From the NCBI GenBank assembly GCA_030264375.1, contig JASCQW010000190.1, positions 86,921,567 to 86,985,566 on the forward strand: a stretch of 64,000 bases of DNA, read 5' to 3'. This document shows, piece after piece, positions 51,296 through 63,400 of this stretch. The translations under genes and the position numbers were made by a program. Positions within the stretch are counted from its first letter, which is position 1. Each line of letters begins with the position of its first letter. The notes under the pieces were generated by a model that saw nothing but the letters and a program-made list of their open reading frames with translations, was not told the DNA's origin and ran no database searches. The DNA is from Carcharhinus longimanus. Lineage: Eukaryota.

Positions 51296-52389
51296 AGTAA
51301 CGTATAGTTTTCCATGTGTTTAATTTAATGTGTGTAAGGATAAAACTATAGTTATGTAGGTGCCAGACAAAGGTGTTTGTATATGTGGGGTTGGATTCAA
51401 TTCCAGCTGTAATTCGATTGTGTTTAGAGTGTGAAGAATAAATGAACCAGTAGTGGTTGCCTAGTAACTGGGACCTTGTAAGGTTAGAGCAGTTTGTATG
51501 TTTTTGTTTAGTTGAATTTGTTGGCAGTAGGACACTGGGGAGTGAGCGTCTCTCAACTCTGCCTGGAGAAGGTGGACAGGACAAGGAAGTTCCAAAGATG
51601 TAATTTCAGATGCAAGTTACAGGGAATTGGGACAGAGAGAATTTTAAGAGGACTGGAGTTAAGAGAACAGAGACCAATGTATTTATCTTAAACTCAAGGA
51701 AGAGTAAATAAAGTATTCGTACTTAAAATGGGACAGCAGACTTGGAAAAAAAAGTGAAATATTGAATGTCATTTTAATAAGAGTCTGGGAAATGAGATTT
51801 GCAGTAAGTGTAAACAGTTTGCACAGCAGTCAAGACAAAGAAATCGCAAAGGGATTGATGTGAAAAATTGAGGGGAAGCTTTGTTTAAAAGTATAATTTA
51901 TAAAATTTGGATTGGAGTTTGGAATGCTCACTGCTAAGGGAAAGCATTATTGTGAAAGAAGATTTGAAAGCAAAATTTGGAATTTCTCTAATGACAATTA
52001 TCTGAGAGGTTTCTGAGGAGAAAACCATGAATACTAACTTGGAGTTCAGAGCAGATTGCGTGTATTTGACCACATTTATGTATCTAAAAGGGACTTTGTT
52101 AATGAGACCATTAACTTGAGATGTACATTGTAATCAATATTGATTTTAAAATCTGTGTTTATTTGGGAACTAAAGGGAAGGGGTGTGTGATCTCTAAAAG
52201 AAGTCACACACCCCTCCAATTTTTATCCAATTTTTTTCATGTTTAATAAATGTTTTTTCTTGATAAAACAATAAGTGGTCCCATGACTTTGTTTCTCCAC
52301 GTTTTGTAAAAAAAAGGTTACATCCTCTGATCAAAGGTTCCATTATGGGTTCTTCCTATCCAGTTATAACATCAACTGGGATCGTAACA
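51296..52389 (+). mobile_element. Probable solo LTR
   Basis: About 1.1 kb beginning (A)GTAACG and ending GATCGTAACA, with AATAAA about 140 nt before the end. No clean TSD. Confidence 0.4.
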
Positions 52390-52559
52390 GATGTATCTTA
52401 TGTGATGGTGTGCCCTTTGATAGCTGGATTCGATAGTTGGAGTCGTGTAGCTAGCAAGCTTTCCTATCGCTGTCCTGCGTACATAGTTGTTTTTCCCAAA
52501 TAAACCTCATGTTCACTTATCTGCCTTATTTGTTAACTCCTTGCAATCGTTAAGTATGA

Positions 52560-53660
52560 TAATCATATTGGATTCCAAAAAAGATACATCCTTCTTAACT
52601 CATCGTGTTGTCTTCGAGGAGTTGACATTCTTACTGCAATTTGATAGACCCTAAAAAATGTTGTACCTTGACCTCCAGAAGGAAAGCTCAGTGGTGTCGC
52701 CTCAGGGTATATCTTGAGTATAAATAGGAAATTGACTGATGGGTAAAAAGCAATAGGTGCTTTCTAGATCTGTTACATTGGGGTAAGATTGCAATACCTA
52801 AATTTTTTTAAAGCACTATTGAGCTACAGGGTTTGGTCTTGGGCTCATTATTTTTCCTAATTTACATGAGTTCAATCAAACTATGCTAAACAAGGAAGAG
52901 CAGTGCAAATGGAAAAGTTACCTCAGATGACCGAATAAGTGGACAAAACATGCAAGTAGGTACTGGATAATAAGGGAAGATGAAATTTAATGCAGACAAA
53001 TGATGAGTATTACATGCAAGTAAAAATGATCAAAATGCGTAATCCCATGGATGGTGTTCAAATATGAAAGGTGAAATAGAAAGAAAACAAAGCGTCTGAG
53101 TAGTCTCTCTTCCTCCAGTCCAAGCAGTCTAGATTAGCAATCAATGAAGCCAGTAGAAAGTTGAACTAGACAGCCAAAGCAGTTCAATGTAAATTGGAGG
53201 CGGTCGTGATCAAACTGAACAATATTCTGGTGCATCTTGAATATTGTGTCCACTTCTAGTCACCGAGATAGAAGAGATATGCATGTTGGAAATAGTGCAA
53301 GGGGTCATAAGGCTGATCCTCATTCTTTGTGGTCTAAATTATGAGGAAAGAGTGGAGAATTTTCACTTTTGAAAGCAAATATCAGAAGTTTCTGAGATGT
53401 AAAAAAGTTTGTAAATGAGGTGAATTTAACTGAGAATTGAACAATGCGGTGAGAGGTTCTAAATAGTAAAAGGTATTAAGTAAATTGTATCAGGGAGTGT
53501 CTTTGCCATTGACACAGTGGACTCAAATGGAATGGTGGCTGGGAGACCCTGGCATTCTTTAAAAAAAAAATTATTATATGTTGCAGCGTTAGGATAGGCT
53601 ACATGACATTTTGGATGGATGATTCAAGCTGGGCCAAATTGCCTTTCCTCATGTATTGTT
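52560..53660 (+). mobile_element. Ancient CR1 LINE remnant
   Basis: Degenerate MKFNADK, HLEYCVHF and tail-like GCTGGGCCAAATTGCCTTTCCTC. Confidence 0.6.
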
Positions 53661-54044
53661 ACTGTGTGTTTTTAATAAGTGTCTCAAGGAATTTAATGGG
53701 GACACATATGACCCTTATTTGAGTAGAGAGAATCAATCCAAAATAACACTTCCTGACATCAGGATAAGAATACACATGTCCAGATAAGGAAAGACCTAGC
53801 TCTGGAAATACATTTTTACAGAAAGGGTGATGAATAGCTGAAAAAGATTTTTTATGGTGGGAGGGGGTGGGGGCAATGCTTAAGCCCAGGACATGGAACT
53901 CATTTAAGAGACAGATAGTTGCTGCATTGATAGGATGCAATAGATTTGATATTCTAGAGGAATGAGGTAAACTGGGCAGAAGGTTACTTTGTTTCAAATT
54001 AACATAGACATGGAATTTTAAAAGTTGGAAAGAGCTGATATGCT

Positions 54045-54290
54045 GAATGAGGGGAGATCTCATTGAGACGTATAAGATGATGAATGGGATGGATAGGATA
54101 GAGGTGGAGAGACTCTTCCCNNNNNNNNNNNNNNNNNNNNNNNNNNNNNNNNNNNNNNNNNNNNNNNNNNNNNNNNNNNNNNNNNNNNNNNNNNNNNNNN
54201 NNNNNNNNNNNNNNNNNNNNCTTATTGAATGGCGGGGCAGGCTCGAAGGGCTAGATGGCCTACTCCTGCTCCTATTTCTTATGTTCTTAT
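54045..54290 (+). mobile_element. Young CR1 3' end (gapped)
   Basis: MRGDLIETYKMMNGMDRIEVERLF followed by the young tail. Confidence 0.88.
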
Positions 54291-54789
54291 GAACAGCATT
54301 CAAAGACTTTAAAACAACACAAATGCACAAAACTAATTAAAGCAATGACATGGCAAGGAAAGCAGAATAATGTTTCAAAGTATTGAAAGAAAAAGGAAAG
54401 AAAGTGAGGGATATGGCTAAGACATGATTTTTTTTTGGAAGAGTGTTCTGACCAGGAGCTACAGAATACTAACAACATAACTGCTTCTAAAGTTTGCATT
54501 CAACTTGGGTGGAAAAACATAGATTAACATCAAAATGATTGGAAAGGAATTGAATTGAGCAGGCTGTAAATAGCTCAGGACAACACTTGCTTATGGGCAG
54601 ATGTTTGGTTGCCTAGACTTCATTTTGTCTCAGCAGTATATATATATATATGAGCAGCAAATGCCTTGCTGTATTGGAGGAAATACATGGGAATTGATGC
54701 TTCTCATGGAGTATTTGGGGCCTTGACAATGGGATGGGAAAAAAAAATGTTTCATAACTGAGACATGACCTCTGTTTATTGTTGTGTAG

Positions 54790-55163
54790 AGAAGGTAAAT
54801 AGAAGTCAGAGTGATGGAAGTGAAGGAGAATATCCTAACACCAACAGTTCTGAGAACAAAAGCAGAAAGGAGGTAGAAACATTATCATATTGATTGTAGC
54901 CAGCAAAAATGGCAGATGGGATTGGAGCAAATTGAAAAGATAATGAAATAAAAGATGTAACTATAAAGAGGCAGATCAGTTTTGTAATTGGATGTCGAGA
55001 GAATGAGAATGGAGATACAAGAAATAGTGCAGTGTTGATCAAAAGCTCCATCAACCCACAGAAAACATTTCCTCAAAAATTCACTCAACAGGAGGATGGT
55101 TTAAAGGCTCTAGTACTAAAGGTGCAGAAGCAAGAGGAGAAAAGAATGAAGCTTTTGCACAAG
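54790..55163 (+). other. Exon-shaped purine-rich segment with three in-frame stops (pseudo-exon or poison exon candidate)
   Basis: TGTTTATTGTTGTGTAG acceptor and AAG|GTGAGC donor. Protein-like composition. Stops at 54891, 54897 and 54933. Confidence 0.45.
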
Positions 55164-55747
55164 GTGAGCTGAAAAGAAGAGCTGGGGTGGTTTCAACAAC
55201 TTACCCAAATTTGTCTCATCTTTTCCATCTCTAGAATCCAATGGAATTTTCTTGTTTTCCTTAGCATCACAAATATATAGATAGCTACCACTATGACATT
55301 ATTAGAAAGAAAACACATTTGAAGTAAGACAGGAAATGGGCAGAAGCACATTACCATTGTGTCACCTGCCATGGGACTGCTGGAATAACTACCTGCTGTG
55401 GTATTTGAGCCTATTTGAGGACATAAGGATGATATGTACATACTTCAAACCTTTGCTGAACTTCCTCATACCAGACAGTCATCAACTGGATTATCACTTT
55501 GGGTCTTGGTATTTCTATGATGGGTAGTTGAAACATCAACCTGGAGTCTTACATCTGCAGAAGAGTGTGCAGTCATTCAGTGACAATGGGATTGACCTCT
55601 CCTGTGAAATCCTTTGTTATTGAATTGCCTGCTGGCATTTGCCATCTGAGAAAAGGCTACTTGTACACGGCATATATGAATCACAGATGTCGGTAAAACT
55701 GTATCTAATATAAACCAGAGCCTTCAGCGGAGTGAGGGCAAAATTTA

Positions 55748-56012
55748 GAACATAAGAACATAAGAAATAGGAGCAGGAGTAGGCCATCTAGCCCTTCGAG
55801 CCTGCCCCACCATTCAATAANNNNNNNNNNNNNNNNNNNNNNNNNNNNNNNNNNNNNNNNNNNNNNNNNNNNNNNNNNNNNNNNNNNNNNNNNNNNNNNN
55901 NNNNNNNNNNNNNNNNNNNNTTGCCTGGCACCCTTCTTAAACAACGGCATAACATTAGCCGTTTTCCAATCTTCCGGCACTTCCCCGGAATCCAGCGTTG
56001 TTTGGAAAATTT
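55748..56012 (-). mobile_element. Young CR1 LINE (gapped)
   Basis: PEDWKTANVMPLFKKGARQ and the reverse young tail. Confidence 0.88.
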
Positions 56013-56311
56013 TCAGGATATTGGACAGAAGAACTGCTCAATTAGGATACAAAGGAGTCTTAATAATTGAATCATGAGCAATCTCCTTTAGACATAAATA
56101 TGTATAATAAATACTTGCATAAGTGCATTCCCTTCAAATAAATGTAAAGATGTGTAGTTAATTATACTGTATGGGTTGGTTTCTGTTTCATGCCCATTTT
56201 TGAGAAGTTGAAAAATGCAAGAATTTGTGTATAGTTTCAATTTGATGCTTAATCTCTTTGTTTGCCAGAAACAAGTATCTGCTTTAATGATAGGTCCCTT
56301 TTCTATTCCAG

Positions 56312-56444
56312 ATAATGCATGTGATCCAGGAGTGTGTGCCAAACAAATGTGGATTGACGAGACTGAGATTAAAAATGAGCTGTGCCTGACCTTCACTGAT
56401 AATGGGAATGGAATGACTCCAATTAAACTACACAAAATGTTGAG
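56312..56444 (+). CDS. MORC4: MORC4 coding exon 3 (GHKL N-box end and G1 box)
   Basis: TTTTCTATTCCAG acceptor, phase 1 joining exon 2 to give ELIDNA. Translates (D)[43 protein letters not shown](S). Donor AG|GTAGGG. Confidence 0.95.
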
Positions 56445-57314
56445 GTAGGGTGCTTAAGGATGAACAAAGTGAATTCCATTTTATTAAGATACTTGTCAAA
56501 GAAAATAAGGAAGCATACAAAATGCAATTTAGAATTTATTTAGTGAGCTAAATACAGTATAGAATAGTACAACAAAGTAGTCAATAGCTAAAATGTAGTG
56601 TAGAAAAGAACCATGTTTAAAAACTGATGGTGCACAAATCTGAATCCATTAGGAACTTCATTCTTACATCTGTTGATCTATTAATTCAAATATCACCAAG
56701 TCCTTTTGCTTGCTTGCTTCTAAAAATGACAAGCAGTGAGAATAACTCAAAACCTAGAAAAAGGGTGAGAAAAGACCACTGAGCCAATCCAGCCCATTAC
56801 ATCTACATTATCTTCCCACGTAAGTGTCCTGGCTTCCAAAGCTTTTTCGTGATCTTCAAGGCACAAGTCAGAAGTGCGATGGAATGCTCTCCAAACATCC
56901 AACACCACTGCACCATGCTACATTGTGCACTTATAAGATGCATTTCAGTGATTCACTAAAGTTTCTTTGACAGTACCTCCCAAACCCACAACCTGCACCA
57001 GCTCAAAGGACAAGGCAGCAGGTGCACATGAATGCTCTCACCTCCAGCTTCCCCTCCAAATTGCCCACCATCCAGACATACACATTAACATTTCTTCATC
57101 ATCGTTGGGTCAAATTCCTAGAATTCCCTGCCTAACGGTGTTATGAAAGTATCTTTACCACGTGGTCTGCATGTGGTTCAAGAAGGTCACCTTGATGGAA
57201 ACGAGGCATAATCAATAATGTCTACGTACCTAGAATGAACATTTTAAAAAGATGTTGATCGTGCAATCTACTAGGAGAGGCAAAACAAAACTGAGGAAAT
57301 AAGTTGCTACTTAA

Positions 57315-57597
57315 AAAGGAAGGCGAATGGGATGCTGGCCTTCATCGCGAGGGGGATTGAATATAAAAGTAGGGAGGTCTTGCTGCGGCTGTANNNNNNN
57401 NNNNNNNNNNNNNNNNNNNNNNNNNNNNNNNNNNNNNNNNNNNNNNNNNNNNNNNNNNNNNNNNNNNNNNNNNNNNNNNNNNNNNNNNNNNNNACTGAGC
57501 CACGACAGATCAGCCATGATCTTATTGAATGGCGGGGCAGGCTCGAAGGGCTAGTTGGCCTACTCCTCCTCCTATTTCCTATGTTCTTATGTTCTTA
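57315..57597 (+). mobile_element. Young CR1 3' end (gapped)
   Basis: ANGMLAFIARGIEYKSREVLLRL followed by the young tail. Confidence 0.88.
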
Positions 57598-58726
57598 TTT
57601 AAAAATTATTTAGATTTAAAATCTATTTACCAATCCATAATACATTATACTTTTTTATTTTTCCCCTAAATTTATTGTTTGTTTTAAAAATAAATTTGGA
57701 TGAACCATCTCTCCTTGATGTGAAAATACTCAATGTAGCCTTATGACATTCAGCTTTAGACAATTCATACAATTCATGTATGGTATAATTTGGAATAGGA
57801 TTTCTTGTGTTGGCATTGGCATTGAAAGGGTACTTCAGTGCCAATGTGCTGTGACTACTAACTCACTGGAATGTCTTCTGTAGCCAGTGTGATTACTGTT
57901 TGTTTGTTTTTTCTCACTGTTACTGTTCTAACCTTTGCTGTTGACAATTACGTGGTTGAATGCTTCCTGGAAATGTTATTCCTGCTCTTCCTGATGATGT
58001 ATCTCAATGGGATGGAGCTTCATGTACATCTTTGTATATGCTCTACTCTACATTTAGCACTATTGAAATTCATCTATTCTATATATAACCCATCTATTTA
58101 ATTAATCCAATCTATCTGAAAATCATCTTTTTACTCATTATCACATAGCTTTGTGTCATCAGCAAATAATAATTACACTGGTGTATTTGCCTTGTTCTGC
58201 ATCATTAACGAATGTCATAAATAGCAATTGTCAAGAAATAGTCCCACAAGATATCTCTGTGGTACTGTAGAACAAAATGCAACAAACTGCACAACAGATC
58301 AGTATTTTACAACACAATTATATAATATAGACCATACATATTGTCAGACAACTGACAGCATAAACCTCATTTTACAATGCAACAAGTGTATAACTGTCCC
58401 AGATTGGATGTAGTATAGCAAAGTAAGATATACACTTTACCAAATGCACTGGTATACAGCAATGTACATATTAATCTTACCGTCGGGGCACATCATTGAT
58501 GTTCCATTTATCTCTAGTTTCACCCTGCCTAATCCTTTGACACTAAAGCAATTCCAGTTAGTATTGGCATAGTTGAAATGCTCTATTACTATAACCCTAT
58601 TCCTCACATCTCTGATTTGCCTACATATCTGCTCCTCTATCTCCCTGTAACTGTTGGGAGCTTGTAGTATAACCTCAGCAAGGTTACCACCCTTTTTTTA
58701 TTTCTAAGTTCTCACCACCACCACCA

Positions 58727-58950
58727 CCCCCCGTTCTGCGTGGGTTTCCTGCAGGTGCACCGGTTTCCTCCCACAGTCCAAAGATGTGCGGGTTATGTTG
58801 ATTGGCCATGTTAAGTTGACCGTAGATGCACAGGTTAGAGGATTAGTGGGTAAAATATGTATGGATATGGGGGTAGGGCCTGGGTGGAATTGTGGTCGGT
58901 GCAAACTTGATGGGCCAAATGATCTCTTTCTGTACTGTAGTATTTCTATG
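58727..58950 (+). mobile_element. HE1-like SINE, 5'-truncated
   Basis: SINE core and CR1-like tail. Confidence 0.75.
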
Positions 58951-60215
58951 ATCTTGAAAAGAAATTGGAAAAAAGAATGCCATTCTTTGGTCTGGAACCT
59001 AAAACTTAAAAACAGACACAACCATCCTCTGAACAGGCAATTTCTATGTAGCTATCATTTCTTTCATTTGACTTTTTAAAGAGGTGACATGTGACCACCC
59101 TTAATGGATACATACACCATCTTGGAATGTTAAAGTGCGAAATATTTAATTTACATGATGCAAAGGATGTTTGTGCCTGAGAACTGTTTCTTTCAGTTAC
59201 ACAATAAGAAGAAGCGGAGAGACTTGCTATTCCTAGTAATTTCCATGTGGTTGGTTCATTTTTTGAGAAATGCAGGCAGTTTTAAAAACAATTATTTTAA
59301 TGCAACTTATTGTAAACCTGTCGTGATTTTTGTGGGAAATGCACATCCTGATAAAGGATTTAAGTTAGGGGTCAAAAGAGCTCCTGACGTTTGATCGCTA
59401 GTCCTGTGTGGAATCAGTTGGTTTCAGTCGGGAGGGAATAGCAGTGCTGTGACCTCATTGCTCCGGGAATAGGAAAGAGAAAAAAAATCAACCAGTTTCC
59501 AATAATGATTCTTTGATCTTTCTTGTAAAGTGTACAGGCAGATGTCAGGTGCAAACAGGTGAGGTTCTTGGCCTCCAGTCAGCATCACTGACTACACAAT
59601 TAAACAGGAAGATATTAGGCAATGGTTTCTCTCATCTCTGAAATTGTACTCATTTATAAATTAGTGCATTAAATGAGTGGGATGGAAGAAATTTGGGGAT
59701 GAATAAACAAAAACATCAGTACTAGATTTTACAACATGTTAGAATGTTGATTTGTGAACTTGGCTTAATTTCACAGATGCAAACTTTGTTTCTTTAAATA
59801 TTTTTAATGATTTATTATTTCCTCCTTTCCCTACTTTTCCATCTCATACTTAGAGGCAGGAGGACGAGCATCTATTCAAATGCCAAATTGTGGATTTCTT
59901 GACTGATGGCACAGTTTAGAAGTGGCATGTGAAATTGGAGGAGATAGACTGAACTTCACTTATATTTAAATTACAAATAATCCTCGGGACTGAGGACTTT
60001 CTGATTGAGAATTTCTAGCATGACTGCTCTCGGCACCTCTCCTTCCTTTACCAAAATGGTCTAGTCTAATCTGGTAGAATTGGAAGAAACTAAGTTAATT
60101 TTGCAACAGTTGGTTATTGAAATAGAATGAACTATATATGTAAAAAAAACTGTCTCATTGTTGCAAGTCTTTTTTGAAATTTTTTCTAATTTCAACCCTT
60201 AATCTTAATTCACAG

Positions 60216-60433
60216 CTTTGGCTTCACTAATAAAACGGGGAGTAAAAGCCACTTGCCGATTGGAGTCTATGGAAATGGATTTAAATCAGGTTCCATGAGG
60301 TTGGGAAAGGATGCTTTGGTCTTTACCAAGAATGGCGGGGCTTTAAGTGTGGGCCTCCTATCACAGACCTACCTGGAACAGATTAATGCACAAGCTGTCA
60401 TCATCCCTATTGTGCCTTTCAATCAACAGAATA
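60216..60433 (+). CDS. MORC4: MORC4 coding exon 4 (GHKL G2 box)
   Basis: CACAG acceptor. Translates [72 protein letters not shown]. The segments [11 protein letters not shown] and [14 protein letters not shown], plus RBM41 adjacency, favour MORC4 over MORC3. Confidence 0.95.
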
Positions 60434-60443
60434 ATATCCTTTT
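60434..60443 (+). other. U12-type (AT-AC) 5' splice site of MORC4 intron 4
   Basis: ATATCCTTTT sits exactly where coding similarity ends, and there is no GT donor at this boundary. Confidence 0.88.
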
Positions 60444-63400
60444 AACGTAATCAAATTTTCTATTTAGTACATTTTATTTTAGTTCATTGGGATTTCCTCG
60501 ACATCGGACTATTTTGTTTCACAGTGTTCTTTTATGTATTGTAAAATTTTGTTATGTTCCCCACTGTTCAGCTCTATTTAATTTCTTGAACATAAATGCG
60601 TTCTTAATGAATGGGCAACTAATTCTAAATATTCTAGTATCTCTGTATCTCCTGTGTGGTACAGTCTTTAGCTTATTGAACTGACCCTGCAATATTATGC
60701 ATTATATAGAAAAATGGTTTCCTGTGAACATAAGCCACAATTTTAAAAAAGTAATGCTTAACTCTTGCAAACCAAGTTGTATGGTCAATATTACAGAGTG
60801 TAACTTCATCACTGTATGACCATATCCCAACAATTTTTTTTCCAGCCATCAAATTACTAATGTTAGATTTCAGAAGGGATGGACTCCTTATGTATAGTGA
60901 ATCCTCCTTCAAATGGTAGGAATTACCAAAGCAATTTTCCTTGTTGGATGGGATCCGCTGCATATATAGCATTGTTTGACTTCCAAATCAATATTAAGAG
61001 AAGGGCTGAAAACTCTAAATAACTCAAAGAAGTAAATAAATATGATAGCAAGAAGTACATATCATCAAAGAAGTAGAAAAACTCTTCTGTTCTGCCATCG
61101 GCCTTGTGCGTTATTCTAAGGTGAATATGAACTTCAAGAACAAATCCATCATATTCTCTTGGATTCTATGCAAACTTCTTATCAACACACTGACTTGATT
61201 AAGTTCAGCTACTTCTACATTTTTATTGATTAAACTAGATAGGCATTTGGGCAGCCGGTGGTCTGCCTCTTTTAGAATGAAGCTGGCTGCTGACCCAATT
61301 CTGAGGCTGGTGGTGCCCTGGTACTCCCAGGTGAGAATATTCAAAATTGATCCCAGAGAGCAGAGACCCAACTGCAGTTGTTTGGGTTCAGAGGACGACT
61401 GACCTCAAGCAGGGCGGGTGGTCAGTGAAAGGGGGAGAGATNNNNNNNNNNGGAGAGATCGATGACGATGGGCTCTGGAGGAATGCCAATAATGAGACAG
61501 GGTTGGATGGCTTTGGACAAGGATGTTTTTTTATATTGGGGGGGTGTGGGGGGGAATAATGGAATGAGCCACCCTTTACTGTTGGATGATGTTTTAAAAA
61601 TTCATTTATGAGGTGTATTACCGGCAAGACCAACATTATTGCTTATCTCCAATTATCTTTGAGAATTGGAGGACTAGAGCAGGGCCAGAGGGCAAAAATA
61701 GCTAGGTGCATGGGAAGAACACCAAAAAGGAAACGGGCAAATAGACGGGTGATGCAGTGGGGCTAATGGGTGATGATGTAGTGATTGGATTAGGACCTAC
61801 TTGCATGTTTTTAAAAAAAACAGGTGGATAGGGATTGCAAGGAAATGGAGTTCATTTTAATTTTCAAACTTGCTACCTCAGACTGTTCATTCATTATCTA
61901 TCATTTAGAGTATACTCACCAAGAGAGCTGTCATGATTTTCATGCAAAAGAAACTTTGATACACATGTCAAACAGTACCGGTTCTGGTTTCCCAAACGTT
62001 ATTCAGTCTAGCAAAATGTAAGGAAAAGAGGTATCGTAGTGCTCAAAGAAACAGCATTCATACAAAAATCTTTTTAAACTTTTTACTGATGATGGCTTAC
62101 CACATTGCTCAGAACACAGTAAAGAATGGTCAACATCAGTGATAACAATAGTGTAAAGATGTTGCAGAACTATCATTAGTCAGTGCAGCACGATTTGTGT
62201 TGCAGTAGTTTATTCTGCAGCCAACTGCAGTGTTTTTCAGACAGCAGTATTCATTTTAAAACATATCCAGGTGTCTGGAATGTCCAATCTGAAGTATAAA
62301 GATTTAAATTGTAAGCTTTGTGGCTTTGTTGTATCAACTTCTATTTTGTCTATTAAGATCCTTTGCCTCTGTTATTGATTACACTATAGTGTCTGAGGTT
62401 TCCATATAATACACTATTCTGGAACTCTATATCACTCGTTTCCAATCAGTAATAGTTAGTGTANNNNNNNNNNNNNNNNNNNNNNNNNNNNNNNNNNNNN
62501 NNNNNNNNNNNNNNNNNNNNNNNNNNNNNNNNNNNNNNNNNNNNNNNNNNNNNNNNNNNNNNNAAAGAAGATTCAAAATGATTAAAAATTAATTTAACTA
62601 AATTAATCTTTAGCTCTGTCGTCAGCATCTCCAAGACCTTATGAACCTCAGCCTCCCCACCCCCACGCATGTACCAGCAGGGAAAGAGCCCATATGCATG
62701 GTTTAGATTTTTAATGTAGGTCTGGCCCACGCACATGACTGATGGACTTGGAGCTGAAGATAAAAGCCCTATGCTCCTGCACAAAAAGTGAAAATCAAAG
62801 AGCGCATAAACCCTGGACAAGTGAGAGAGAAGAAGGTACAAAATGGCATTTGCTGTTCTGAAAATAATGACAATTTTGAAACCATGCCAATAACTTGTAT
62901 CTATAGTTATGTTCAGCTAGTCTCTAGATACGAGATCAGGATTGTGCTGAGACTTCTGCAGTGCGCTTCAACTTCTTCCTCTTTCTTTTTTAAGCATGTT
63001 ACCACATTTTTTCCCTCATAATTCATTTTTCTATCTGAGGTAAAATGTTAATGCAAGAGTAAAATACTGTAGATGCTGGAAACGTAACACAAAAATAAGC
63101 TGGAAAAACTCATAATTAGGCAGCCTCTGTGAAAAGAAACAGTCAACATTCATGTTGATGATGTTTCAAAGTATTAAATCATGTATGAACTTGATAAATT
63201 AATTGTGAACTGTATTTTTAAGGAAATCAAGATTCCTTTAATACAGTTTACATTGATATTGTTTACATTTTTCCAAGTCAATGACCCAGGCTTTGCGGTA
63301 GCTAGAACTGAAGCTGTTGATGCTCAGCATTATTATGATGAGAAATCAGATTTTTGGCATCCACACACACACAGTAAAACATGGAAATCCACATTTCCCA

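Noticed and set aside
53659-54330. 223-aa minus-strand ORF
   Set aside because: It spans an N gap and antisense CR1 sequence.
60196-60215. CCCTTAAT near the exon 4 acceptor as a U12 branch site
   Set aside because: The intron 3 donor is U2-type (GTAGGG), and the motif also fits an ordinary U2 branch point.
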